Assembly: GCA_965216465.1 (NCBI GenBank)
Contig: CBDCFW010000006.1
Location: 704,001-768,000 of the forward strand
Direction: 5' to 3'
From: Bacteroidia bacterium
GTDB taxonomy: Bacteria; Bacteroidota; Bacteroidia; NS11-12g; UBA9320
DNA: 64,000 bases
This document shows positions 32,190 through 41,959 of the stretch, piece after piece. The notes below the pieces were generated by a model. That model had not been told where the DNA came from, did not search any database, and saw only the letters and a program-made list of their open reading frames with translations. A program made the translations under genes and the position numbers. The number at the start of each line of letters is the position of its first letter. Within the stretch, counting starts at the first letter, position 1.

Positions 32190-33832
32190 AACTGGGTAGC
32201 CACTGTAAATCGAAGACCACTAAACGCTGGCTCTAATCTACAAATACCCCCTGTACAGTTTACACCCTCTACTTGTTTAACATATGCAGCAGTAAACGAG
32301 GTCGTTTTTACATTGTATTTCACAAATACCGTTGGGTAGTGTAACACTTGATCGGCCAATGTTGGATTCACTTTTCGAACTGGTGCAGTGTTAATCATGT
32401 CGCTAAGTGCCACAGTGAAATGCGGAGAACTGTTCCATTCCAATATCCCATGGAAGAAGCTTCCAAGATCTTGCTCAGTATTCAAGTACTGGAATTCGAA
32501 TCTAAAACTGTTCTTTCTGTTAAGCTTGTATGTCACCTCGCCAAAAGGAGTAAAGGTTTCAACGTTTGGGTAAGCTGTATCCTTTCCTTCATAAATAGGT
32601 TGGTTATAGATAACCCCTTGAAGTCCAATTTTTCCTTTCCATTTTCTGTTAATCTTATGCGAAACTTGGAAGAAACGCTCACTGAATAATTGCTCTCCGT
32701 CAAGTTTCTTGATGTCAGAGTAATTTGCTTGGAAACTTGTTTTCTTATTTGGCGAATAGATAATCTCTGCTTGGTATGCTTGTTCGCCCAAAAACTGAGC
32801 TGGTGCCTGGTACCTTGCTAACATTCTGTAACTTGCTTGACGGGTAAATGAAGGTTGGTAGGTTACAATTCCATTCAATAAAGTCACATAAGGAGAAACT
32901 GTTAACGGGAAGTTTTCAACCCTACGGTATTGTGCATTAATTCCTAAGCCTCCTTTTTTTTCTGCACCAAGCTTTCTTTTTGAATAACTGATTCCTCCTA
33001 AAATAATCGAACCGTCACTAAAGAATAGTTCACCAATATTATCACGAATTGCTTCACCAGTTTTGTAGTTATACTCTCCCATAAAGCCAAAGTCTTTCCA
33101 GTTTAAGTCGAAATATGCGTTTACACCATAAACATTATACTTCGGATAGAACTTTTGGCTGTCTGGCAATACATTAATCTCGGTAACCAATTGAGAGAGA
33201 GTAATTTCGTCAAGGGTTCTATTCAACCCTGAAGCTCCAATATTAAGTACCGTTCCGTTCTCAAAGCTGAAACCTTTTTCGGTGTTAATCCCTTTTATGA
33301 TTTGAGGTGAAGTACCAAATCGATTGTCTTGAAAACCTTTTTGTTTTCCCGTAAATGCCTTAACGCTAAACGTAGGACTGATTTGATATTTAGCTCGAAC
33401 ACCTTCCATTGCATAATCAATACCAATTAGTCTATTCTCATAAGCTCTGAACAACATTCCAGACCCAAACTGATCATAAAATGACCCTGCTGTTATTTCT
33501 AAGTCTCCTATACTTTTCTTCACTTGCCAAAAGCCAAGTCCTTGTCCGGTGAATGAAGATGAAGGATTAAGCAGGTTACTGTTGTTAAAAAGGTCATAAC
33601 GTGCCCCAATGTGGAAGCCTTTAATATCGTAGTTCAAAAACAACCATGCTTCAGCTGAACTTATTTGCTTGCCGTATTGAGGCGAAGCAGCATCAGTAGC
33701 TCCAATGAGCGAGTCTTTAAGAAATACTGAATAGTTTGATTGAAAATTTCCACTTAAAACGCCTTTATCTTGAGCTACAACTGAAGTCGAAATAAAGTAC
33801 AAAACAGAGAGAATAAAGATGTTCTTCTTCAT
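32186..33832 (-). CDS. DUF6029-like outer-membrane beta-barrel
   Basis: Signal peptide VVA-Q; GSFYDQFGSG; C-terminal CTGGICR...TQF. Confidence 0.75.
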   Translation of the reverse strand: MKKNIFILSVLYFISTSVVAQDKGVLSGNFQSNYSVFLKDSLIGATDAASPQYGKQISSAEAWLFLNYDIKGFHIGARYDLFNNSNLLNPSSSFTGQGLGFWQVKKSIGDLEITAGSFYDQFGSGMLFRAYENRLIGIDYAMEGVRAKYQISPTFSVKAFTGKQKGFQDNRFGTSPQIIKGINTEKGFSFENGTVLNIGASGLNRTLDEITLSQLVTEINVLPDSQKFYPKYNVYGVNAYFDLNWKDFGFMGEYNYKTGEAIRDNIGELFFSDGSIILGGISYSKRKLGAEKKGGLGINAQYRRVENFPLTVSPYVTLLNGIVTYQPSFTRQASYRMLARYQAPAQFLGEQAYQAEIIYSPNKKTSFQANYSDIKKLDGEQLFSERFFQVSHKINRKWKGKIGLQGVIYNQPIYEGKDTAYPNVETFTPFGEVTYKLNRKNSFRFEFQYLNTEQDLGSFFHGILEWNSSPHFTVALSDMINTAPVRKVNPTLADQVLHYPTVFVKYNVKTTSFTAAYVKQVEGVNCTGGICRLEPAFSGLRFTVATQF

Positions 33833-33892
33833 ATTGAGGCTGTAAAAGTAAATATTTCTGCAATTACACACTATTTTACTTTTTTTTGAAGC

Positions 33893-34699
33893 GTGAATGT
33901 AAAAGAACTGGTACAGGAGATTAGAAAGAAGAAAAGTTTCTTATGTGTTGGATTAGACACCGACATCTCCAAACTTCCGAGCTCCATTTCGAAAGATGCA
34001 AGTGGAATTCTAGAATTTAACAAGCAAATTATTGAAGCCACAAAAGATTACGCTGTTGCGTACAAACTAAACACTGCTTTTTATGAGCAGCTAGGAAGTG
34101 AGGGCTGGAAGATTCTTGAGAAAACCAGAGAAATGTTACCTTCAAATGTATTGTCAATTGCTGATGCAAAGCGTGGAGACATTGGCAATACGAGTACAAT
34201 GTATGCTAAAGCCTTTTTCGAGACCATGGATTTTGATGCTCTAACTGTTGCTCCATACATGGGATTTGATAGTGTAGAACCTTTCTTGAAGTTCGATAAC
34301 AAGATTACGATTGTTTTAGGCCTAACCTCAAATAAAGGAAGCCTTGACTTTCAAACCAATGAACGATACAATCCACCATTGTACAAAACCGTACTTGAAC
34401 GAGTTTCAAGCTGGGGAAGTACTGATAATCTCATGTTTGTTGTTGGTGCAACAAAAGCCACTGCGTTACAAGAGATTCGAAGCATTGTTCCGGACCATTT
34501 CCTTTTAATTCCAGGAGTTGGAGCTCAAGGCGGTAGTGCTGTTGAAGTTTGTGAGAATGGGACAAACAATCATGGCGGTTTATTAATCAATTCATCAAGA
34601 GGTATAATTTATGCATCCCCCAACGAGGATTTTGCTGAAGTTGCAAGAAGAGAAGCTGAAATGCTTGCCTTGCAAACAGCTCCTTTTGCAGGGGAATAA
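33893..34699 (+). CDS. pyrF: Orotidine-5'-phosphate decarboxylase
   Basis: LCVGLD, DAKRGDIGNT, PGVGAQGG and NSSRGI. Confidence 0.96.
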   Translation: MNVKELVQEIRKKKSFLCVGLDTDISKLPSSISKDASGILEFNKQIIEATKDYAVAYKLNTAFYEQLGSEGWKILEKTREMLPSNVLSIADAKRGDIGNTSTMYAKAFFETMDFDALTVAPYMGFDSVEPFLKFDNKITIVLGLTSNKGSLDFQTNERYNPPLYKTVLERVSSWGSTDNLMFVVGATKATALQEIRSIVPDHFLLIPGVGAQGGSAVEVCENGTNNHGGLLINSSRGIIYASPNEDFAEVARREAEMLALQTAPFAGE

Positions 34700-35982
34700 T
34701 GAAGTTTAGATATAACGAAGACCTCCTACAATTTATATGGAAGTATCAATTATTTGATCATCAAAAACTAGAAACCACAGATGGAGAACCCCTTCTGGTG
34801 TTCAAACCTGGGATACTAAATTTTAACAGTGGACCAGATTTCGAGTTTGCCGAAATTAAAATTGGCAAAACCATTTTTCATGGCTCAATCGAAATTCATC
34901 TTAAAGACTCTCAATGGTATGCCCATAATCACCAAAACGACCCGCAATATGAAAACGTGATTTTGCATGTTTGTTTGAGCGCAAAAACCAAAGTACTGAG
35001 GTTCGATAAAACCCCAATTCCGACTTTAGTTCTCAAAAGTCGCATCAACCTTCAAGCCGTCTCCAGATATCAAAATATGATGGCTAACCAAACCTTTATT
35101 CCATGCGAAAATCAAATTAACAGCATAAAAGATTTTGACGTTCGCAACTATATGGATCGTCTTGTTGCTGAACGCCTTGAATCAAAATGTGCATTGTTTA
35201 GAGCTTATCTGAAAAGTGCCAAGGGCAACTGGAATGATGTAAAATATTTCGCCTTAGTTTCCGCGTTCGGAATGCCCATTAACACCTTAGCTTTTGAAGA
35301 ATTGGCCATGAAACTTCCGTATCAAATTGTGCTACGTTGCAACTCCCAATTTCAAGTCGAAGCCCTTTTGTTTGGAATGTGTAATCTTCTAAAAAATAAT
35401 GTAGATGAGTACCAAACCTCATTAAACCAAGAGTTTAGTTTCTTGAGCACAAAGTACAATATCAGATCGATAGATTCCGCAATTAAAATGGGCCGAATGA
35501 GACCCAATAACTTACCAACCATTCGCCTTGCTCAATTGGCAGCTTTACTTTATCAATTGCCTCAAGTAGTGTATGCAACAAACGAAGTGTTGACCACTCA
35601 ATTAATTAAGCTACTTGGTTCTGTCACTCCTTCAACATACTGGTTAACCCATTATTCGCTTGGCAAAACCTCTAAAGCAAAACCTAAAAACCTATCTCCT
35701 CAATTTGTTAATCACTTAATCATAAACGTGTTTATTGCCTTCACTTTCTTTTATGATCAACATCATTCCGAAAATTCGGGTAATCGTGTTTATGCACAAT
35801 TGGTTTCTATGCCTCCAGAAGATAATTCGATTGTACGCAAGTGGAAATCGATAGGAGTTTGCTGTGAAACTGCATTAGAATCTCAAGCTTTGCTACATTT
35901 GTACAAGACTAAGTGCAATAAAAAGCTTTGCTTGCAATGCAATATTGGTCACAAACTTCTGTTAAATAAAGAAGATGGATAG
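34699..35982 (+). CDS. DUF2851 family protein
   Basis: GPDF, EIH..W..H.H..DP.Y..VILHV, RP.N.PTIRLAQLA and C-terminal C..K.CLQC. Confidence 0.85.
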   Translation: MKFRYNEDLLQFIWKYQLFDHQKLETTDGEPLLVFKPGILNFNSGPDFEFAEIKIGKTIFHGSIEIHLKDSQWYAHNHQNDPQYENVILHVCLSAKTKVLRFDKTPIPTLVLKSRINLQAVSRYQNMMANQTFIPCENQINSIKDFDVRNYMDRLVAERLESKCALFRAYLKSAKGNWNDVKYFALVSAFGMPINTLAFEELAMKLPYQIVLRCNSQFQVEALLFGMCNLLKNNVDEYQTSLNQEFSFLSTKYNIRSIDSAIKMGRMRPNNLPTIRLAQLAALLYQLPQVVYATNEVLTTQLIKLLGSVTPSTYWLTHYSLGKTSKAKPKNLSPQFVNHLIINVFIAFTFFYDQHHSENSGNRVYAQLVSMPPEDNSIVRKWKSIGVCCETALESQALLHLYKTKCNKKLCLQCNIGHKLLLNKEDG

Positions 35983-36193
35983 ATTAAAGAATTTCATAGA
36001 ACAGCGAGCTTTTGGTGTTTGCACCTATTTAGGCGAGAAATTTAGCATCAGTTCTAATCGAATTCGACTCTACTTCATCTATGCCTCATTCTTCACCTTG
36101 GGCAGTCCTATCATTATCTACTTTATTTTAGCTTTCTGGTTGAATATCAGGAGTTACATTGTTGAGCGTAACCGATCTGTTTGGGATTTATAG
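35975..36193 (+). CDS. PspC-domain small membrane protein
   Basis: AFGVC..LGE...IRLYFIYASF. Confidence 0.85.
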   Translation: MDRLKNFIEQRAFGVCTYLGEKFSISSNRIRLYFIYASFFTLGSPIIIYFILAFWLNIRSYIVERNRSVWDL

Positions 36194-36222
36194 GCTGTAC
36201 TCTTTTCTGTTCACTGCCATTA

Positions 36223-36244
36223 TTTAACGTTAATAAACGTTAAA
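36223..36244. promoter_or_regulatory. Inverted repeat TTTAACGTT-AATA-AACGTTAAA upstream of the -7 box TACATTTG (36256-63)
   Basis: Perfect 9-bp arms, each containing AACGTT. Confidence 0.55.
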
Positions 36245-36267
36245 CACTCTTGCTCTACATTTGAACT

Positions 36268-36723
36268 ATGCAACAACAAATGGCGTTATTCAGAACCACA
36301 AAAGGGTTCCAACAAAATCACAAAACAACCGCATTAAAATGTCAAAACTGCGGATCAGATTTTTTAGCAAATAGAAGAACTGCAAAGTTCTGTAGCAGCT
36401 CATGCAGAAGTCAATTCTGGATGCTAAAGAACCAAAAGAAGGTTATCACTATTGCAGTACCTTTAGACATCGATGATGCTTATCTTGAAAAAATCAAAAA
36501 CATGTTGGTTAACTACAAATCAACTACTGATGCTCAAGTAAGTACAACGTTACACACTTACCACGAGGAAGTATTTGCTACTGAGAAAGATTTAAGATTC
36601 TTTATGGCCCAAGCAGGATTCTCAGACTACAAGGTACCTAAGCATGATATGGGTATTTACTACGATGAAGGCCTAACCATCAAGAAACAAGAAGACGGAT
36701 GGAAGGTTAAAATCGCGAGCTAA
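36268..36723 (+). CDS. Hypothetical protein with an N-terminal C4 zinc finger
   Basis: CQNC..F...RRTAKFCSSSCR. Confidence 0.7.
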   Translation: MQQQMALFRTTKGFQQNHKTTALKCQNCGSDFLANRRTAKFCSSSCRSQFWMLKNQKKVITIAVPLDIDDAYLEKIKNMLVNYKSTTDAQVSTTLHTYHEEVFATEKDLRFFMAQAGFSDYKVPKHDMGIYYDEGLTIKKQEDGWKVKIAS

Positions 36724-37806
36724 TTATTCGTATACCAAATCGACATCGTCAGATAATGGGTGTGCTTGACAAGTAAGCACATATCCTAGGTCGATTTCGG
36801 CATCGCTTAATCCTTCGCGTTCATCCATGCTGGCTCTTCCTGTACGAAGTCTTGCTCTACAAGTAGTGCAAACTCCGACTGTACAACTATAAGGAGGATC
36901 TAGTCCTGCATCTTGAGCTGCAATTAAAATCGTTTCTTCAGGTTTAACTGTAACCTCTTTTTGGGTTCCAAATACCTCGACTTTAATGGTGCGCTCTTTT
37001 AACTCTTCATCTTCACCGCCTGCATCCTGATCACTTGTTGTTGTATCTTCAGATTTAATTGCTGCAGTGAAGTATTCTACTGATATATTTTCGTCACGAA
37101 CGCCAGTGGCTTTAAGTCCATCTTCAACAACTTTCATCATGGCACTCGGACCACATGTAAAGTATTTTGCAGTTGGATAGCTTAAGCCTAATTCGTTTCT
37201 GATAATTTCTGAAACTCTACCTTCTGATAAAAAGCCTACATAGCCGTTCCAATCAGCTGGTGGGTTATCTAGACTATAGAATACCTTAAAGTTATCGTTA
37301 GCAGCTTCTAAAGCAGCTAATTCATCCTTAAAAATAATGCTATCAGCATCGGTATTGGCATAAAACAGGTAACACTTACTGTTTGGCTCAGTTATCAATG
37401 CCGTTTTGATGATACTGATAAGAGGCGTTATACCACTTCCTCCACCAAAAAGAAAATAATTGTTAGCAGCAGACGCATTGGGTTCAATTATAAATTTCCC
37501 CATTGGAGGCATTACATCGATAATGTCACCTTCCTTCAATTGAGTATTTAAGTAAGTACTCATTCTTCCATTCTCTACTTGCTTAACAGCAATTGTAGGG
37601 TTAGGATTTGTAACTGGAGATGAACAAACAGAATATGATCTTCTTACTTCTTCTCCGTTAATTACAATTGCAAAGGTGAGGTACTGACCTGCTTTGTATT
37701 GATACTGGGAACTTAAATGTGGAGGAATATCAAATGTGATACTTACCGCATCTTTAGTTTCTCGGTTAATCTTAGCAACTCTTAGTGAGTGAAATCCTGC
37801 TGGCAT
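36724..37806 (-). CDS. PaaE-like FAD/NAD(P) oxidoreductase with C-terminal [2Fe-2S] ferredoxin
   Basis: RRSYSVCS, GGGSGITP, TCGP, YSCTVGVCTTC and LTCQ. Confidence 0.9.
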   Translation of the reverse strand: MPAGFHSLRVAKINRETKDAVSITFDIPPHLSSQYQYKAGQYLTFAIVINGEEVRRSYSVCSSPVTNPNPTIAVKQVENGRMSTYLNTQLKEGDIIDVMPPMGKFIIEPNASAANNYFLFGGGSGITPLISIIKTALITEPNSKCYLFYANTDADSIIFKDELAALEAANDNFKVFYSLDNPPADWNGYVGFLSEGRVSEIIRNELGLSYPTAKYFTCGPSAMMKVVEDGLKATGVRDENISVEYFTAAIKSEDTTTSDQDAGGEDEELKERTIKVEVFGTQKEVTVKPEETILIAAQDAGLDPPYSCTVGVCTTCRARLRTGRASMDEREGLSDAEIDLGYVLTCQAHPLSDDVDLVYE

Positions 37807-37808
37807 AT

Positions 37809-38789
37809 TTATTTGATTAGTTTTTCTAGTATTTCAACGGCGTTTGTAGCAGCTCCTTTTCTTAAGTTATCGGCTACAATCCACATGTTTAATGTGTTTG
37901 CTTGTGACTCGTCACGACGAATTCTTCCAACCATTACTTCGTCTTTGTTCATGGCATGAATTGGCATTGGATATTGAAAGTTATCGATGTCATCTACAAC
38001 TTTTACTCCTTCTATTTCAGAAAGCAATGTTCTTACCTCGTTTACATCAAAGTCATTGTCAAACTCGATATTCACCGATTCAGAGTGACCTCCTACAACT
38101 GGAACTCTTACTGCCGTTGCGGTAATCGCAATACTTGGAGCATTTAGAATTTTACGTGTCTCATGAACTAGCTTCATCTCTTCTTTGGTGTATCCATTGT
38201 CCATGAAAATATCGCAATGTGGAATACAGTTTTTATCGATCGGATACTCGTAAACCATATTGTCTGACTTGCCATATGAGCGTTCATTTTCCATTTGCTC
38301 TACAGCGGCTTTACCCGTTCCGCTAACTGATTGGTAGGTGGAAATCACCAATCGTTTGATGCCGTACTTAGCATGAAGAGGAGCCAATGCCATAACCATT
38401 TGTATGGTTGAGCAATTTGGATTTGCAATGATATTCTTTCCCTCTGTGATAGAGCTCTGGTTGATCTGTGGAACAACTAAAGGACAATCTTCATTCATTC
38501 TCCAAGCTGAAGAATTATCAATTACACGTACCCCATTCTTTGCAAATTTTGGGGCCCATTCGGTCGATACACCTCCCCCGGCTGAGAATAACGCGTAATC
38601 AAGAGGCAATTCAAGTACTTCTTCTAATGTTGTAGTTTTATACTCCTTGCCCATATAAAATATTGGGCTTCCCTTTGATGCCTTACTGGCTACAGGGTAA
38701 AGGTTTTCAACTTCGATGTTTCTTTCTTCCAATACTTGCAACATGGTTCTCCCCACCATTCCTGTTGCTCCCACTATGGCTAAATTCAT
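37809..38789 (-). CDS. asd: Aspartate-semialdehyde dehydrogenase
   Basis: GATGMVG, NPNCSTIQ, QSVSGTG and DNLRKGAA. Confidence 0.96.
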   Translation of the reverse strand: MNLAIVGATGMVGRTMLQVLEERNIEVENLYPVASKASKGSPIFYMGKEYKTTTLEEVLELPLDYALFSAGGGVSTEWAPKFAKNGVRVIDNSSAWRMNEDCPLVVPQINQSSITEGKNIIANPNCSTIQMVMALAPLHAKYGIKRLVISTYQSVSGTGKAAVEQMENERSYGKSDNMVYEYPIDKNCIPHCDIFMDNGYTKEEMKLVHETRKILNAPSIAITATAVRVPVVGGHSESVNIEFDNDFDVNEVRTLLSEIEGVKVVDDIDNFQYPMPIHAMNKDEVMVGRIRRDESQANTLNMWIVADNLRKGAATNAVEILEKLIK

Positions 38790-39634
38790 ATGGTTTCGGG
38801 TACTTTAGATTCTAAGTTAAGCGAACGATTGCTCAACTCGGCTTGTTTTTTAAGATCGGCTATTATTTCTTTTAATTGTTCAAGATAAATTGACTGAAAA
38901 CCGTCAGATAATGCAGTTTCAGGCTGGTTGTGTACTTCGATCATCAATCCGTCGGCACCTGCAGCTATAGCCGCTAAAGACAATGGGCGAACCAAGCTTC
39001 TTTTTCCGGTTCCTTGGCTTGGATCGGCAATTACAGGCAAGTGGCTCAGCTCTTTTGCCAATGGAATTGCAGCAATATCCATGGTATTGCGAACAGAGGT
39101 GTCAAATGTTCGAATTCCTCTTTCGCAGAGAATAACATTCTCATTTCCGCCTAAAAGTACATATTCTGCGGCCAATAACCACTCATTTATAGTTGAAGAC
39201 ATGCCTCTTTTAAGCATAATTGGCTTGTCTATTTTTCCCAGTTCTTTGAGAAACTGGTAATTTTTCATATTTCGGGAGCCAACCTGAAGCACATCCGCAT
39301 AAGGATAGACCTCCTCGATAAGTGAAGTATCTAAAACTTCTGTAACAATCTTTAGGTTGTATTTAACCGACACCTTCCTTAATATTTCAAGGCCTTGTTT
39401 CTTTAGCCCTTGAAATGCATACGGTGAGGTTCTTGGCTTATATGCTCCACCACGAATGAATTTGATACCCAAGCTAGAAATAACACGAGCAATCTCATCC
39501 ATTTGTTCTTCTGATTCAACGGCACATGGACCTGCGATTAAAGCAAGCTCTTTACCCCCAATCAATTCCTCTCCTACTGAGATAATGGAATTCTCTTTTT
39601 TATGATGTCTAGAGACTAATTTAATATCAGACAT
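38786..39634 (-). CDS. aroF: Type I-beta DAHP synthase, catalytic barrel only
   Basis: IAGPCAVE, GGAYKPRTSPY, LCERGIRTF and ALSDG. Confidence 0.9.
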   Translation of the reverse strand: MSDIKLVSRHHKKENSIISVGEELIGGKELALIAGPCAVESEEQMDEIARVISSLGIKFIRGGAYKPRTSPYAFQGLKKQGLEILRKVSVKYNLKIVTEVLDTSLIEEVYPYADVLQVGSRNMKNYQFLKELGKIDKPIMLKRGMSSTINEWLLAAEYVLLGGNENVILCERGIRTFDTSVRNTMDIAAIPLAKELSHLPVIADPSQGTGKRSLVRPLSLAAIAAGADGLMIEVHNQPETALSDGFQSIYLEQLKEIIADLKKQAELSNRSLNLESKVPETI

Positions 39635-39659
39635 TTGCTGCAAATTAAACAGATACTTC

Positions 39660-41042
39660 TTAATTCAGTTTGGTATAGGTCACAGAAACTTTAATTCCTT
39701 CGTTAGATGGGTCGGTATCAAGCACTGCTCTTGATGGCGTAATTGGGAAATCTGAAGGTATCGCCAGATAAAATCCATCGAAATGATTAACCCCTGTATT
39801 GATATATTCTTCAATTAAACCTTGGAGGTGTCGGTTGAAGTGAAAATCATACGATTTATCTTCAATATCATAGGTGCCTCCGTAGTTTGTATGTCCAAAC
39901 CATCCTGAAGGAGGTAGAATGTCGTCGATGTAGTCAATAATAGCTGAATTCAATCCATCAGTACCTGGTTTAAATAATATTAAACGAGCAGGTGCAGGGT
40001 AGTTTTCTTCAACCGTAGCTTTATCAACGTTTACTTTTAATACCGCCTCGTTAATTACAATCTTTTCGCCACGCTCGATCAGTGTATCCAACGCAGGAAT
40101 ATCAATTCTAATTTTCGAAGCTCCCAACGATTGGATATAGGTCGTGTTGAAATGGCCACTTCCTTGTTTCTGTGCAGTTATATTAACACTTTGATCGTCG
40201 TAGTTGTAAAAGTTTATCCGCTCAGACGCAGGCCCCAAAGGTATCTCTCGAGACAATGTGTCTGCGTAGTGAATTATTAATCTTGATTGTGTGCTTGCAG
40301 CTTCAATCCCAACAAAAGCACCTTCACCCATGTTCAGCGCTGAAGCATTGGGTACAATCACTAAACCATTTAGATATTCTAACCATTGCTCTGCGGATGA
40401 AAATACAAGTCCTGATTTGTCAATAATGTCTTGGCCGAAATTATTGGTTAACTTGATTTCCAGATGAGGAGCTAGCATCGTGCTATCACCATCGGTAACT
40501 TGAAGCACACTATCAAAAAACTCAAACTTCCCAGAAAAAGTTCCTACTAATTCTCCTAGGCTAGGCTCGAAGTCAGAGTAATATTTGTCTTCTGGTGCGA
40601 GTTCATCGAGCAAGCGATAAACATTAAGTTCAATATCGGTATTCAAATCACCGTACTTAATAACATGCTCAACTCCACCAATTATTTGAGCTTTATCGTA
40701 TTTCAGTCTTAAGATAACTGAGTCAACGATTTCTCCCGATAAGTCATCACCCGCCTCACTAAGTAAAGGTTGTACAATCAAACCAGCAGATGTGGTGCCG
40801 AAGATTGGATCGTTAATGGCTCCTAATATATTCGTGTTTAATGTATCGGTTCTAAGCGAATCTTCATGAATGCTTCGAACGCTGATATCGAGAAACGTTT
40901 CGGTAATTGAGTTTGAGTTCCCAGCGTTGGGAATAAAACCAATTCCGATGTTAGATGCTTCCTTTTTACAGGCCGAAAATGCAAGCAAAAAGAAAAGGGG
41001 TATTAACCCCTTGATTCTTGTATTGATTAAATTTTTGATCAC
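39660..41042 (-). CDS. DUF4270 family lipoprotein
   Basis: Lipobox FSAC-KKE; LG..NDP.FG; VDSV.L; located downstream of the glgA-like gene. Confidence 0.75.
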   Translation of the reverse strand: MIKNLINTRIKGLIPLFFLLAFSACKKEASNIGIGFIPNAGNSNSITETFLDISVRSIHEDSLRTDTLNTNILGAINDPIFGTTSAGLIVQPLLSEAGDDLSGEIVDSVILRLKYDKAQIIGGVEHVIKYGDLNTDIELNVYRLLDELAPEDKYYSDFEPSLGELVGTFSGKFEFFDSVLQVTDGDSTMLAPHLEIKLTNNFGQDIIDKSGLVFSSAEQWLEYLNGLVIVPNASALNMGEGAFVGIEAASTQSRLIIHYADTLSREIPLGPASERINFYNYDDQSVNITAQKQGSGHFNTTYIQSLGASKIRIDIPALDTLIERGEKIVINEAVLKVNVDKATVEENYPAPARLILFKPGTDGLNSAIIDYIDDILPPSGWFGHTNYGGTYDIEDKSYDFHFNRHLQGLIEEYINTGVNHFDGFYLAIPSDFPITPSRAVLDTDPSNEGIKVSVTYTKLN

Positions 41043-41043
41043 T

Positions 41044-41865
41044 TTAATTTCCTGATAACAATGAATTGTAAAAATTCAAATAATTGTCAGCAAGTTCGTC
41101 GTTCGAGTGATTTAAAATTGGTTTTTCTACGTTGCTTAATTCCTGTTCAATATCAGGATTAATGTCTTCGCATTTTACCACAGCATCAGCGTGTGTAATT
41201 CCGCCCATATGAAGGCTTGTACAATCGGCTTTTGCAAATGGCTCCAACTCTTCATCTTCGATGTAGTTCAAACCTGCTTTTCTCATAAAGTCTGTTCCTA
41301 GATCTTCGTTGAAATCGTTCTCGTAAACCGAGTATACGATTTTAGCATTTGAAAATACCGGCTCATCTTTATATAAAGTTTTTAGGTAAAGTGGAATTAA
41401 ACTGGTCATCCAACCTTGACAGTGAATGATGTCTGGGTACCAACCCAGTTTCTTCACAGTTTCTAATGCTCCTTTGCAGAAGAAGATTGTTCTTTCGTCA
41501 TTGTCTTCAAAGAACTTGTCATCTTCATCGTTGTAAACAAATTTTCTGTGGAAGAAATCTTCGTTGTCTAGGAAGTAAACTTGCATCTTCGTGTTAGGAA
41601 TAGATGCTACTTTTATGGTTAATGGGTTGTCGTTGTCGTCGATGGTAATGTTCATACCAGATAAACGAACAACTTCATGTAGTCGGTTTCGACGTTCGTT
41701 GATTACACCAAATCGTGGAACCAGGATTCGAACTTCGTTGTCTTTTTCTTGAATTTTTTGTGGTAGGTAACGGGCAATTTCAGCTAATGGAGTGTCTCCG
41801 TCTAAAAATGGTCTCATTTCTGAGGAGATAAAAAGGATTTTTTTTCTTTCTTGTGTATTATCCAT
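41044..41865 (-). CDS. Glycogen/starch synthase N-terminal-domain-only protein
   Basis: PRFG.INERR..LHEV.RLSGMN and PDIIHC.GW; 273 aa. Confidence 0.85.
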   Translation of the reverse strand: MDNTQERKKILFISSEMRPFLDGDTPLAEIARYLPQKIQEKDNEVRILVPRFGVINERRNRLHEVVRLSGMNITIDDNDNPLTIKVASIPNTKMQVYFLDNEDFFHRKFVYNDEDDKFFEDNDERTIFFCKGALETVKKLGWYPDIIHCQGWMTSLIPLYLKTLYKDEPVFSNAKIVYSVYENDFNEDLGTDFMRKAGLNYIEDEELEPFAKADCTSLHMGGITHADAVVKCEDINPDIEQELSNVEKPILNHSNDELADNYLNFYNSLLSGN

Positions 41866-41959
41866 AGAACGTTTAAAAATTATACAAGTGCAAAGATACT
41901 ACCATATTACGTGATATTTGTACAACGTAACTATTGTATTTAAAGTATTTTTTTTGTAT

